The notes under the pieces were generated by a model. The model was not told the origin of the DNA. It made no database searches and saw only the letters and a list, made by a program, of their open reading frames with translations. From positions 62,001 through 126,000 of IMG/VR virus record IMGVR_UViG_3300021057_000274: 64,000 nucleotides of DNA; one strand, 5' to 3'. Positions 43,488 to 52,256 of the stretch are shown here, piece by piece. Position numbers and translations under genes: made by a program. Within the stretch, counting starts at the first letter, position 1, and every line of letters starts with the position of its first letter.

Positions 43488-43995
43488 TCAGCTCATCGAA
43501 CATGGCGTGAGCCTCGGTACGCTTCTTAGGCTCAGGCTTAGGCTCTGGCTTCTTTGGCTCAAGCGTTGACTCTGTTCTAATCGGCTCTGGGGTCGGAGGA
43601 GGAGGCGCCGAGGGTGCTGTCTGGATCGGAGGAGGTGTCGGCGCGCCCATCGTTACCTTGAACGCGGGAGCTTGCGAACCCGAGGGCTTCACGGAGATTC
43701 CAGAGACCGTCGGCTTAGGTGCGAGCTTAAGCTCGCACGTGTCGCTCGCCGGGACATAATAGTGGTCACCGATGACGACGCTGATGTTGCAGGAGTAACT
43801 GCCAGGAGCTAGGAACTTGTCAAGCACCGGCACCTTCACCTCGTAGACTCCAGAGCTCTTCTCCACCGCCGGGAAGGACAAGGTCATGTCACCGGCGTTG
43901 ATGTTGAAGCAGGTCTGGAGGGATCCCTGGAGATCTCCAGTGATCAGCATCTCAAACTCGAAGGTAGCAGCTTCGCCGCACTTGAACTCGATCAT
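43471..43995 (-). CDS. hypothetical late protein, paralog of 51378-52256
   Basis: TFEFEM.ITG shared N-terminus; TAAATA upstream. Confidence 0.75.
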   Translation of the reverse strand: MIEFKCGEAATFEFEMLITGDLQGSLQTCFNINAGDMTLSFPAVEKSSGVYEVKVPVLDKFLAPGSYSCNISVVIGDHYYVPASDTCELKLAPKPTVSGISVKPSGSQAPAFKVTMGAPTPPPIQTAPSAPPPPTPEPIRTESTLEPKKPEPKPEPKKRTEAHAMFDELIKRKK

Positions 43996-44004
43996 AGCAG
44001 CTAT

Positions 44005-44343
44005 TTATCTCCAGAAGAGCTTGATGAAGTTCCTGACTGGAGTTACGACAAATTTATCAACCGCGATCGACACTCTCTCGTTAGCCGACTTGAGAGAGGT
44101 AAGCTTCATCTGAACGACGTGAGCTGTCTTAGGGGTGACCTCAAAGGTATTTCTGAACGACTTTTTACCTACCCTCATGTGAAAGTGAAGATAAGCGGTC
44201 TGGCGTTCTTCTTCAGGTCTTCGATGCGGAAACCCGCCAGGACTGACTGGGGGTTGTTCAATTACTACCTCTACCTCAACTCCGAAGATCAGCTTCATGC
44301 GAAACATCTTGGAGTTGAAGAGCTTAGCTCCGAACAGCTTCAT
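44005..44343 (-). CDS. hypothetical protein
   Basis: C-half resembles C-terminus of 52253-54862. Confidence 0.65.
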   Translation of the reverse strand: MKLFGAKLFNSKMFRMKLIFGVEVEVVIEQPPVSPGGFPHRRPEEERQTAYLHFHMRVGKKSFRNTFEVTPKTAHVVQMKLTSLKSANERVSIAVDKFVVTPVRNFIKLFWR

Positions 44344-45038
44344 GAGTCATCAAACGTCGGGTTAACCCTGTTTCCGTTGACGTCGTACTGCATCTGGATC
44401 CGGTCCTTGGTGCCGTCCATCGACTTGAAGGTCTCGGTAGACGTACCGACCCCAGACGTCCGGCCGAACAGCGCGGCGACCATGCGCTTGACGTAGGTGA
44501 TGACAGGGAGTCCCTCAGAGACGTAGTTCCAGACTTGAGCGACGAGAGATGGGGTGGCAGACGGAGTAGAAACCGTACCGTCGATTCCGAGCCGGTGACG
44601 AATCTGAGCGCGCTCATCTGACGACCAGTCCGTTGATCCCTCAGCGGCGTTAGTGATCGTCGAGTTGACTGAGCCTAGCGTGAAAACATTGACGTAGCTA
44701 GTCGGAAGCACGGCGTCCATAGTTTCGTTGGACGCGTTGACGGCGACAAGATTTCCACCCTTGATCTTGGCGGTAACGAAGGTTGGGCCTGGCCTAGCTT
44801 GAAAGGATAGCTTGGCGTTGAGGAGAGTCGCCGTGATCCCGAGAGTGACCCCGTCGCCCAGGTCGTCCTTTCCAGACGCGCTGACGATGTGGGGGTACTG
44901 AATGTTGCTCAGCTTTTCCTCGTTGAACCGGCAAGTATCAACGAGGTCTTGGATCAAGATGTCAAGCGAGGGTGAGAGAACGGTGATGATCCGCGGGCTC
45001 ACGTTCCAGTCGATGACGACATCATTTCTTACCGACAT
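44340..45038 (-). CDS. putative structural protein
   Basis: ORF in late operon. Confidence 0.75.
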   Translation of the reverse strand: MSVRNDVVIDWNVSPRIITVLSPSLDILIQDLVDTCRFNEEKLSNIQYPHIVSASGKDDLGDGVTLGITATLLNAKLSFQARPGPTFVTAKIKGGNLVAVNASNETMDAVLPTSYVNVFTLGSVNSTITNAAEGSTDWSSDERAQIRHRLGIDGTVSTPSATPSLVAQVWNYVSEGLPVITYVKRMVAALFGRTSGVGTSTETFKSMDGTKDRIQMQYDVNGNRVNPTFDDS

Positions 45039-45201
45039 CTCGGATGGCCTCTAGCTCGTATAATATGCGCGTCTCTCGCTCGATCGCGACCCTCTCGTCG
45101 ATGATCGCGGACTCAAAGACGCCTATGTTCTGCTTGCGGCGATCAATCTGCCGCTTGAGCGCCTCGATGTCGTATCCTAGCTCCTCCTTGGTCAGAGCCA
45201 T
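45022..45201 (-). CDS. small coiled-coil protein
   Basis: MALTKEELGYDIEALKRQI..., 59 aa, not in ORF track. Confidence 0.6.
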   Translation of the reverse strand: MALTKEELGYDIEALKRQIDRRKQNIGVFESAIIDERVAIERETRILYELEAIRDVGKK

Positions 45202-45206
45202 GGGAG

Positions 45207-47675
45207 TTAGGTTACGATGGTGTCGGGCGTGCGGATGATGTTGTTCGACAGACCTGTGTTTACCACCGTAGCCTCGGTCGAGTACGGGAGCATGCTGCCC
45301 TTTTGGCGTGCGCGCACCAGGACAGGGATGTCAGCCAGATAAGTCAAGCCCGCCGACTCGGTGCCAGGCGTTCCGTCTGACCCAGTAGTCTCGTAAGAGT
45401 TGAGGAGCGGAACGTAATAAGTGTCGGACGTCGTGGTAGCCACGGGGAGAGTGTTGATCGTGTAAGAATCACCTGTAGTTTGCCCTGCGATCGCCGGAAA
45501 GATCTCGACCTGGTTGTCGCTGACGACGGTGGTGATGTAAGAGATCGCGGAACGAGTAGAGTTTCTGATCAGGTCACCGACCTTGGCGCCAGCAAAAGCT
45601 CCGGCATCCACGATCGTGTCAGTGTCGGTGCCAGCGTCGGCGGTCAGCGCGCCAGAGGATGCGAGAACGAACGTGGTGGTCGCCCACGACGAAAATCGCA
45701 GGCGGTACTCGACGTTCGCCGACACGTCGACCAAGATGATCGTGCCACCGGTAGAGCGACCGACGGTGTCAGCCGGGATAGTTCCGCCGGTGACGACCGA
45801 CGTCGCACCCAGCGACTGAGCGGTTCCGGTAAACATGTCCTTCTTGATCGAACCGCCGGCGCCGGTCAGCTTGAAGACCGACACCTTGTCGCCCGCGCGG
45901 GTGTTAGTTACCGAGACGGTGATCTTGGTCGGAGCCGAAACGACGGTACCCAAGTCATCTAGAGCCTGGAAGTTGTTAGCGTCGGCTGCCAGGTAGTTCT
46001 TCAAGATGACGCCAGGTGCTAGGAACCACTTGCCACCGGCGAAGGTGCCGAAGGGAGCGGCCTTGATCGGAGTGATCGAGGTGCAGACGGGGGTTGAGAC
46101 GTAGTTCGAGCCGTCAACCCTGATGTCGTCGGTGTTGTTGAAGGTGCCGCGCGTGTTGCGTAGCACGAGGATCTTGTCAGGCAGAGTGCCGCCGGCGAGG
46201 TGATGAGCGACGACCACACCGGTCGCGTTTGAGTTAAGCTGAGTGACCGTAGCCCCCTCAGCGATCGTGCCGGTGAGCGTACCGTAGGTGATGCGATACT
46301 CGGTGCCGATGTACCGTTCGCCCTGAATGCCGTCGGTGTCAGTCGTGTCGGTGTTGCCACGGCGGAAGAGGTACTTCGTCCGCTCATAACCCTGCTTCAC
46401 CGTGTAAGTGCTCGCCAGGTCGATCGCGATCGAGTAGTTCTCGTTGGTTCCGTCCTCGTTCAGGTCGACCGATTCGTCTTGAGCGTGGGTGATCGTGACC
46501 GTCGAGTAAGTGGCGGGACCCGCGTTGGCCGGCGTTCCTGCGGTGCAGGTCGCGTCGCCGTCTGCGATGCCTGTGTACTCCTTGATCGCGTCACCGTTCG
46601 AAAAGTCAGTGATGACTCCCCCGGTGCCGCCGATCAGGTAATACGTGATCGTCGGGGTGGCGCCTGTCGTCGCCGCGGTGATGCGGGCTCGCTTACCGCT
46701 CGTGGTCGCCGCTGCCCAGTTCGCTCCGACGTAGAGGTAATTACCGACCGTGAAGGTGCCCGTGCCCGCGGATCCGGTGAAGGTGCGATAGCCGGTGTCA
46801 TTGTTTAGATCCCCTCCGGTCGACAGCGGGATCGGGTTGCGGCCACCCGCAGATAGATCGACGATGTAGTTGTCTTGCGTGTTGCCGTACTCGCGGGCAA
46901 ACACCGTGACGTAACCCTGGTCGACCAGCGTGCCGGTCTCCTTGACGTTGACCAAGATGTCGATGTGGCCATCGCTCCACCAATCTTCGGTCGTGCTCTT
47001 GTACTTCCTGAGAACCGCCGCGGGCGACCCCTGGTAGACGTAGAGGTGAGTGAAGTCGACCAGCGAGCCGATCGAGTAGATGTTCGCCCAGAGCGACTCG
47101 CCTGAGACAGCGGCCGACGCTTGGGTGACGCTTCCAGTGCCGCCCGTGACCGAGACGGTACCAGAGGTCGAGTCCCAGTCGTTTGCGGCCGCGTTAGACG
47201 CCGGGCGGATCCACGCGTACTTCGTGGCGCCGACGTTGTTGAAGTCGAGGAGAGTGCCAGAGTCACCGCCGGTCGCGTTCGTGACGGTCTTGCCGATGTC
47301 AGACGCGACGAAGTCGGTGCCCGTCGTGTAGGTGATGCGAACGATGCCGGTGTTCGTGCCAGTGGAGCGAGCCCACGAAGCGGTCTTGAGCGAGCCACCC
47401 TTGAGGTACTCGACCGAGGTGCGGTCGATGAACCACGGATCCTTGTCGCCTGACTCGATGATGCCGATCGTGTACTCGGTCGGCGTTTGAGCCGACATCG
47501 GAATGCCGTCGTCCATCTGAGTGAGCTCGTCGAACAGGTCTTGAAGAGCCGAGTAAACCTGGTTGGCGGTGTCGATCGTCGTCGGAGAGACAGAAGTATC
47601 CCGAACGAGCCGCTTCTGACGATTCTCAGCTTCGTAGTAAACTATCCAACGGCCACCTAGGATCGTGTCGCTCAT
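45207..47675 (-). CDS. putative tail/surface structural protein
   Basis: 822 aa, Thr/Gly-rich; TAAATA upstream. Confidence 0.8.
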   Translation of the reverse strand: MSDTILGGRWIVYYEAENRQKRLVRDTSVSPTTIDTANQVYSALQDLFDELTQMDDGIPMSAQTPTEYTIGIIESGDKDPWFIDRTSVEYLKGGSLKTASWARSTGTNTGIVRITYTTGTDFVASDIGKTVTNATGGDSGTLLDFNNVGATKYAWIRPASNAAANDWDSTSGTVSVTGGTGSVTQASAAVSGESLWANIYSIGSLVDFTHLYVYQGSPAAVLRKYKSTTEDWWSDGHIDILVNVKETGTLVDQGYVTVFAREYGNTQDNYIVDLSAGGRNPIPLSTGGDLNNDTGYRTFTGSAGTGTFTVGNYLYVGANWAAATTSGKRARITAATTGATPTITYYLIGGTGGVITDFSNGDAIKEYTGIADGDATCTAGTPANAGPATYSTVTITHAQDESVDLNEDGTNENYSIAIDLASTYTVKQGYERTKYLFRRGNTDTTDTDGIQGERYIGTEYRITYGTLTGTIAEGATVTQLNSNATGVVVAHHLAGGTLPDKILVLRNTRGTFNNTDDIRVDGSNYVSTPVCTSITPIKAAPFGTFAGGKWFLAPGVILKNYLAADANNFQALDDLGTVVSAPTKITVSVTNTRAGDKVSVFKLTGAGGSIKKDMFTGTAQSLGATSVVTGGTIPADTVGRSTGGTIILVDVSANVEYRLRFSSWATTTFVLASSGALTADAGTDTDTIVDAGAFAGAKVGDLIRNSTRSAISYITTVVSDNQVEIFPAIAGQTTGDSYTINTLPVATTTSDTYYVPLLNSYETTGSDGTPGTESAGLTYLADIPVLVRARQKGSMLPYSTEATVVNTGLSNNIIRTPDTIVT

Positions 47676-47725
47676 TCAATGATCTCCAAAGATGGTCTAT
47701 TTACTCCTACGCGGTAAGCGGGCTC

Positions 47726-48148
47726 TTAAGCGATCGAATCTGGGATCTGGACAACGAATACCGAAGTTCCTGGAGAGATCTGGATGAATCCAGTTGGCGT
47801 CACCGACGCCACCGTCGTGAACGGTTGATATTTTTGTGACGAGCTACCCTTGCGCAGCTTGACCAAAACGGTGTTGTCACCGATCGGGCCAAACCATGAT
47901 ACTTGAATAGTTTGAGGGTCGGACGATATGGTACCGCTAGCAAGCACCTCGTTGTTAGACTGCCGCAGTATCGCGTATCTGGATCCGATCTGCGCATTTT
48001 GCAATACAAAGCCCACCGTAAGCCAAGCTGCGGCTGGATCTCTTGGTCTAGAAATTACCGCGTTATTATGTGGATACGCCCCCTTGAATCCCGAATCTAC
48101 GGTGTTAGTGGCCGGTAAGAACGGAGAGTGACTTATCAGTGAAGCCAT
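47726..48148 (-). CDS. hypothetical structural protein
   Basis: ORF in fibre module. Confidence 0.65.
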   Translation of the reverse strand: MASLISHSPFLPATNTVDSGFKGAYPHNNAVISRPRDPAAAWLTVGFVLQNAQIGSRYAILRQSNNEVLASGTISSDPQTIQVSWFGPIGDNTVLVKLRKGSSSQKYQPFTTVASVTPTGFIQISPGTSVFVVQIPDSIA

Positions 48149-50382
48149 TATGTCAGATCTAATTCCGGATTGATGAAGATATACTTACCGTTGGTCGAAG
48201 CTGGACAGACGCCGTGATAACTCAAAGTGGCTGTTATCTCCGTATTCTGTTTGATAGCAAATTCAGTTGTCAACGTCAATTTTTTCGAGAAATAGTTATT
48301 GTAAGGTGACGACTGCGTCCAAGCGGGGCCAGCTGCATACTGCGTGGTGGACCCATACTTGGTCTGTTGCTTTCTGATGTTACCAGAGCTGTCGATATAG
48401 CAGATCGACAGCCGAAGATTGCAGGGATTGATATCTGCTTGGGCGATGTCGTCAGAGCATAGGATGTAGACGTTCACCGTTTTTGTAGCTGCGGTCGCGG
48501 TGTAAAACATGTTTAGTCTAGCTGCGGTATATGTGCAGTGAAGACCTAGATATTGACCGAACCACAATGACCTCAAGGACCATAGAGTTCCGTCATCTAG
48601 CATCGCGTTGTAGTATGGCCACGGGGACTCGGCGCCGATCCACTCGGTATACCCGACCGGATTTTCATATCGATATATCTTCCGATCTTTAGTGGTTAAC
48701 AACCCGTAGCTGAGCAACTCAGGACTTGGATTAGTACCGGTGTACTTGCCTAGGATACCGAAAGAGATATCAGCTGGAGCTGTCTTTAGTGAGCCACCGC
48801 AGTTCTCGAACACAATTTGATTCAGAGCGGTCGCCGCCTGGGTGCCTTGAAAGCCTCCGTCAAATAATTTGAATGTCTTAGTAGCATCGTCTTCATCGTA
48901 GAAGACGCAATCTTTTATTCTCAATATAGTTCCATTAGGCGTAGTATTGCCATTAGGCTTTACTATGCCAGCGGTGGGCTGTGACAACAACCCCTTCCAT
49001 GTAAACTCGCAGCCTTCCAGAACATCTCCCATTCTCGGGGATGCATGCTGCCCGTAGGGTTGGATAGTATTTCCAACAAAGTTATTAGACTTTAGGTTTC
49101 TAAGCTTGCAATAACGGTATTGATGGAAAGTAGTGGAAGAGCTATGAGCGGGAAGTTGAATACACGCAAACGCTCCTGAAGTTGAGCTATTGTTAATACG
49201 TAGTTCTAAACCTTCCATTATATTGTACCAAGTGTTACCACCAGTACCATGACTTCCTAACGAAAACATCTTTGTACTAGTGCTTTGTACATTAACATCA
49301 ATAACGAATCTACCATTGCCGACAAACTTTAGATTCCTACCAGCAAAGTGGGTTCCGTGAGCGAAAGAGGAGTTCGTTATGTAGATGGTAAATGTCCCAG
49401 CTTCTGACCACTTTAAACCATCATCGATGATGATAGTGACTTCTCGATTTGAAGTTGGGCCTAGCGTAGACGATGAATAAGTGTGAGAGAAGCACTTTGA
49501 ACCTACCGCGGTGTGAGTGCCTGACTGAGAACCTGAAGTGTTTACCGCTGATCCACCCACCGTCGTTGAAATCTGAAAAGCATCCGCGGTGAGACCTGAA
49601 GAGATGACAAAATAGGTCGTACCAGCGGTTATCCCAGTGGGTAAAGCACCTGTTGTGCTGAATACAACTGGGGCTCCTGAGGTTAATCTATGGTTAGTCC
49701 AAGAAATAACCCCAGGAGAAGCAATTGTTATCGTTACAGTGGATGACGTAGCAGATCTGACGTGAATCTTATCACCCGCCCCCGTTCCGTTCCCCCACAC
49801 CGTCGAAATCCATGCTCCATAAGTAGCGACCGTCACCGCGCCGCCGTTGATGGTTTGAGGCAAGGAGGCTTCATTGTAAAAATAGCGCCATGGGCCAGAG
49901 ACCCCGCCTGTAAATTGGTTCGTCGTGATAGTTCCAGAGTGCCCAGCGAAGTTTGGGATGATGCTTGTATTGGCTCCTGAATCATTTAACTTCGTGGTGG
50001 CTACCCTGGCCATGATCTCGCACACGGCGCCTGTCGCTCTCGCCCATACCGTGGTGTTGACCCGCGGCGCGCTATAAGTGCCGTCAAACCAAGCCGAGGT
50101 GATCACGGCCGTGGACGAGTTGATGGCGCTAGCCATGTTGGTTGCCATGGTCGCAGGAGTAGCATTGTACGTGGGCGTGATCACAGTTGATCCAAAGATC
50201 GAAACTCCGCCGCTAGTCGGAGCAGAACCCTGAGACGCAAAGTCGACAGAGGCCGTAGCTACGGTGCCGCCCGTGGCGGCCTTGCCGTCTCCGTCCTCCG
50301 GGGTGTTCCACGTTGGGGACGAGGCAGGGTATCCACCAGAGTGGTACTGAGCCGCGTTATGATCACAGTAAAAGTCAGGCAT
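48148..50382 (-). CDS. putative tail fibre / receptor-binding protein
   Basis: 744 aa; ASPGVISW.NH.L..G..V.F.TTG.LP.G..AGT.YFV module typical of tail proteins. Confidence 0.7.
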   Translation of the reverse strand: MPDFYCDHNAAQYHSGGYPASSPTWNTPEDGDGKAATGGTVATASVDFASQGSAPTSGGVSIFGSTVITPTYNATPATMATNMASAINSSTAVITSAWFDGTYSAPRVNTTVWARATGAVCEIMARVATTKLNDSGANTSIIPNFAGHSGTITTNQFTGGVSGPWRYFYNEASLPQTINGGAVTVATYGAWISTVWGNGTGAGDKIHVRSATSSTVTITIASPGVISWTNHRLTSGAPVVFSTTGALPTGITAGTTYFVISSGLTADAFQISTTVGGSAVNTSGSQSGTHTAVGSKCFSHTYSSSTLGPTSNREVTIIIDDGLKWSEAGTFTIYITNSSFAHGTHFAGRNLKFVGNGRFVIDVNVQSTSTKMFSLGSHGTGGNTWYNIMEGLELRINNSSTSGAFACIQLPAHSSSTTFHQYRYCKLRNLKSNNFVGNTIQPYGQHASPRMGDVLEGCEFTWKGLLSQPTAGIVKPNGNTTPNGTILRIKDCVFYDEDDATKTFKLFDGGFQGTQAATALNQIVFENCGGSLKTAPADISFGILGKYTGTNPSPELLSYGLLTTKDRKIYRYENPVGYTEWIGAESPWPYYNAMLDDGTLWSLRSLWFGQYLGLHCTYTAARLNMFYTATAATKTVNVYILCSDDIAQADINPCNLRLSICYIDSSGNIRKQQTKYGSTTQYAAGPAWTQSSPYNNYFSKKLTLTTEFAIKQNTEITATLSYHGVCPASTNGKYIFINPELDLT

Positions 50383-50388
50383 GCGCTA

Positions 50389-50910
50389 TTAACCGTCTAC
50401 GATTAGGTGGCTTGGAACAAGATGCTTAGCAGAGGGAGGAATTGAAGACGCAGGAATGACGCTTTCTTGGCCAACAGCGTTGCTCAAGCAGCAAGCCACC
50501 GACTTGTCTTCGAGAGCGTAAATTTCATGCTCGGTCTCCTTGGCGATGTATAAGATCTTTGGAGCCTTGAAGATATTTTCCTTGCCGTCTACCTTGACCA
50601 TAAATGAACCAGCAACCAGCATCAAGGCGTGTTCATACGGGTGCCTGTGCTCAGGATAGAACGTTCCCTTCTTGGGGAAGTGCATCAAGAACACTCCAAC
50701 CTCTCCTATGACCGCCGTAGAGAGCGATATCACGTTGGCCGGAATTCCATCATCCAAATTGGGGTCTGGCTCATAAACGTGGTCATGGTCATGAAAATCA
50801 AAACCTATCCATTCTGTCTTTTCGCCGTTGTACATGTGAATGAGGCGATTTTCATCCCGAACATGATGTGTTAAGTTACGACACGTGTCCTTGCAATAGA
50901 CCTTATACAT
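50389..50910 (-). CDS. cupin-domain protein
   Basis: HRHPYEH..L..G, HEI. Confidence 0.75.
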   Translation of the reverse strand: MYKVYCKDTCRNLTHHVRDENRLIHMYNGEKTEWIGFDFHDHDHVYEPDPNLDDGIPANVISLSTAVIGEVGVFLMHFPKKGTFYPEHRHPYEHALMLVAGSFMVKVDGKENIFKAPKILYIAKETEHEIYALEDKSVACCLSNAVGQESVIPASSIPPSAKHLVPSHLIVDG

Positions 50911-51331
50911 AGAGAATTTGATTTGCTCTTTCTTGCGTTAGGATCCCAACAGAAACTAGATGGGCCATGCTCTGGAGAGTCTCACTGCTAGTGTTTGTCA
51001 CCTTCCTCCCAGAGGCGGCTGCGATATCCAGAAGGTGGATGATGTCCTCCGCGACGGGATCAGTTTTTGCCCTCGTTCTGATGGTTACTCGCTCTTGGAC
51101 GGTAAACCTATTCAAGAAGACGAAAGGATCCCATTCTCGATATTCTTGCGCTACAACTACTTCCGGTTCAATAACTTCAGTGTGTCCATGAGTATCAAAT
51201 TCTTGGCTTTGCCACTCTACTGGAGCATCAGTGTCTGAGTTATAGACGTGCAAAATTCGATTAGCTAGCCGCACCGACTCATGTGCAGGGTCGGTACAAT
51301 TTGCTAGACATCTAACCTCGAATGTTTTCAT
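50903..51331 (-). CDS. putative tail-fibre assembly/chaperone protein
   Basis: F..RFT..ER..I...GILT.ER..QIL C-terminus. Confidence 0.55.
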   Translation of the reverse strand: MKTFEVRCLANCTDPAHESVRLANRILHVYNSDTDAPVEWQSQEFDTHGHTEVIEPEVVVAQEYREWDPFVFLNRFTVQERVTIRTRAKTDPVAEDIIHLLDIAAASGRKVTNTSSETLQSMAHLVSVGILTQERANQILYV

Positions 51332-51377
51332 TTACGATCGATTATTTGAATACAAGCTCATTGTTTCAAACATTTTT

Positions 51378-52256
51378 CTAGTGAAATTTCTTCAACATTT
51401 GCCCTAGAAGAGCATCTACCTCTTGCTTCTTCTTCTCTTCAACCGGACGTACAGCTCTCTTAGCACCTACATAAGCAGCGAAAGACCCAGGCTTTTTCTC
51501 CTCAAGTCGCTTCTCTTCTAGCTTCTTCCTCTCAGCTAACTTAGCTTCTAACTTTCTCTTTTCCTCGAGCAACTTAGCTTCTAGCTTTCGCTTTTCCTCA
51601 AGCTTACGTGTTTCGTGCTGCTTTTCTTCTGGTAAACCAAAGATTCTTCTAAGCTTCTCTTCGGGTGTCTCTCGAGGTGGCTCCTCAGTCTTCAAGGGAG
51701 CTTCTGGAATGGATTTTTCTTCTGACTTCGCCCCCACGGACGTCTCAATTAACGGTTCAAACTTCACTGGCTCTGGTTGCACCTCGATGACCTTAGGCTT
51801 CTCCTCAGGGAGGTTGATCGGGGCTTTAATTGTGGGAGCCTTTTCTTCGGCCCTCATCTCGTCCTTCTTCTCCTGAGGCTTCTCGGTTCCAGGCTCCATC
51901 ACCTGAACGGTCACCGACGGAGCCGCGAGATCGTCGAAGTCAGAGGTAATCTTAGCCCCTGAAACGACTGGTTTGTCGTTCTCTCGCACCTCACACGTGT
52001 TGACGATCGGAACGAAGTGATGACCGCCGATGACGATCGCGATCTCACAAGGGTAAGTACCGACGTCGAGGTAACGATCTAGCGGAGGAACCGTGACCTC
52101 CCAGACCCCTGCGCTCTTCTGGTTCGCAGGGATCGAGATCGCGACGCTCTCCGGGTTTTTGATCGTGAAGTGCCCCACGGGAACCCCGCTCACGGTTCCC
52201 GTGACCTGCATCTCAAATTCAAACGTGGTTGGCTCGCCGAGTTTGAAGATCATCAC
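51378..52256 (-). CDS. hypothetical late protein with Glu/Lys-rich tail, paralog of 43471-43995
   Basis: TFEFEM.VTG; KLEAKL/KLEEK repeats. Confidence 0.75.
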   Translation of the reverse strand: MMIFKLGEPTTFEFEMQVTGTVSGVPVGHFTIKNPESVAISIPANQKSAGVWEVTVPPLDRYLDVGTYPCEIAIVIGGHHFVPIVNTCEVRENDKPVVSGAKITSDFDDLAAPSVTVQVMEPGTEKPQEKKDEMRAEEKAPTIKAPINLPEEKPKVIEVQPEPVKFEPLIETSVGAKSEEKSIPEAPLKTEEPPRETPEEKLRRIFGLPEEKQHETRKLEEKRKLEAKLLEEKRKLEAKLAERKKLEEKRLEEKKPGSFAAYVGAKRAVRPVEEKKKQEVDALLGQMLKKFH

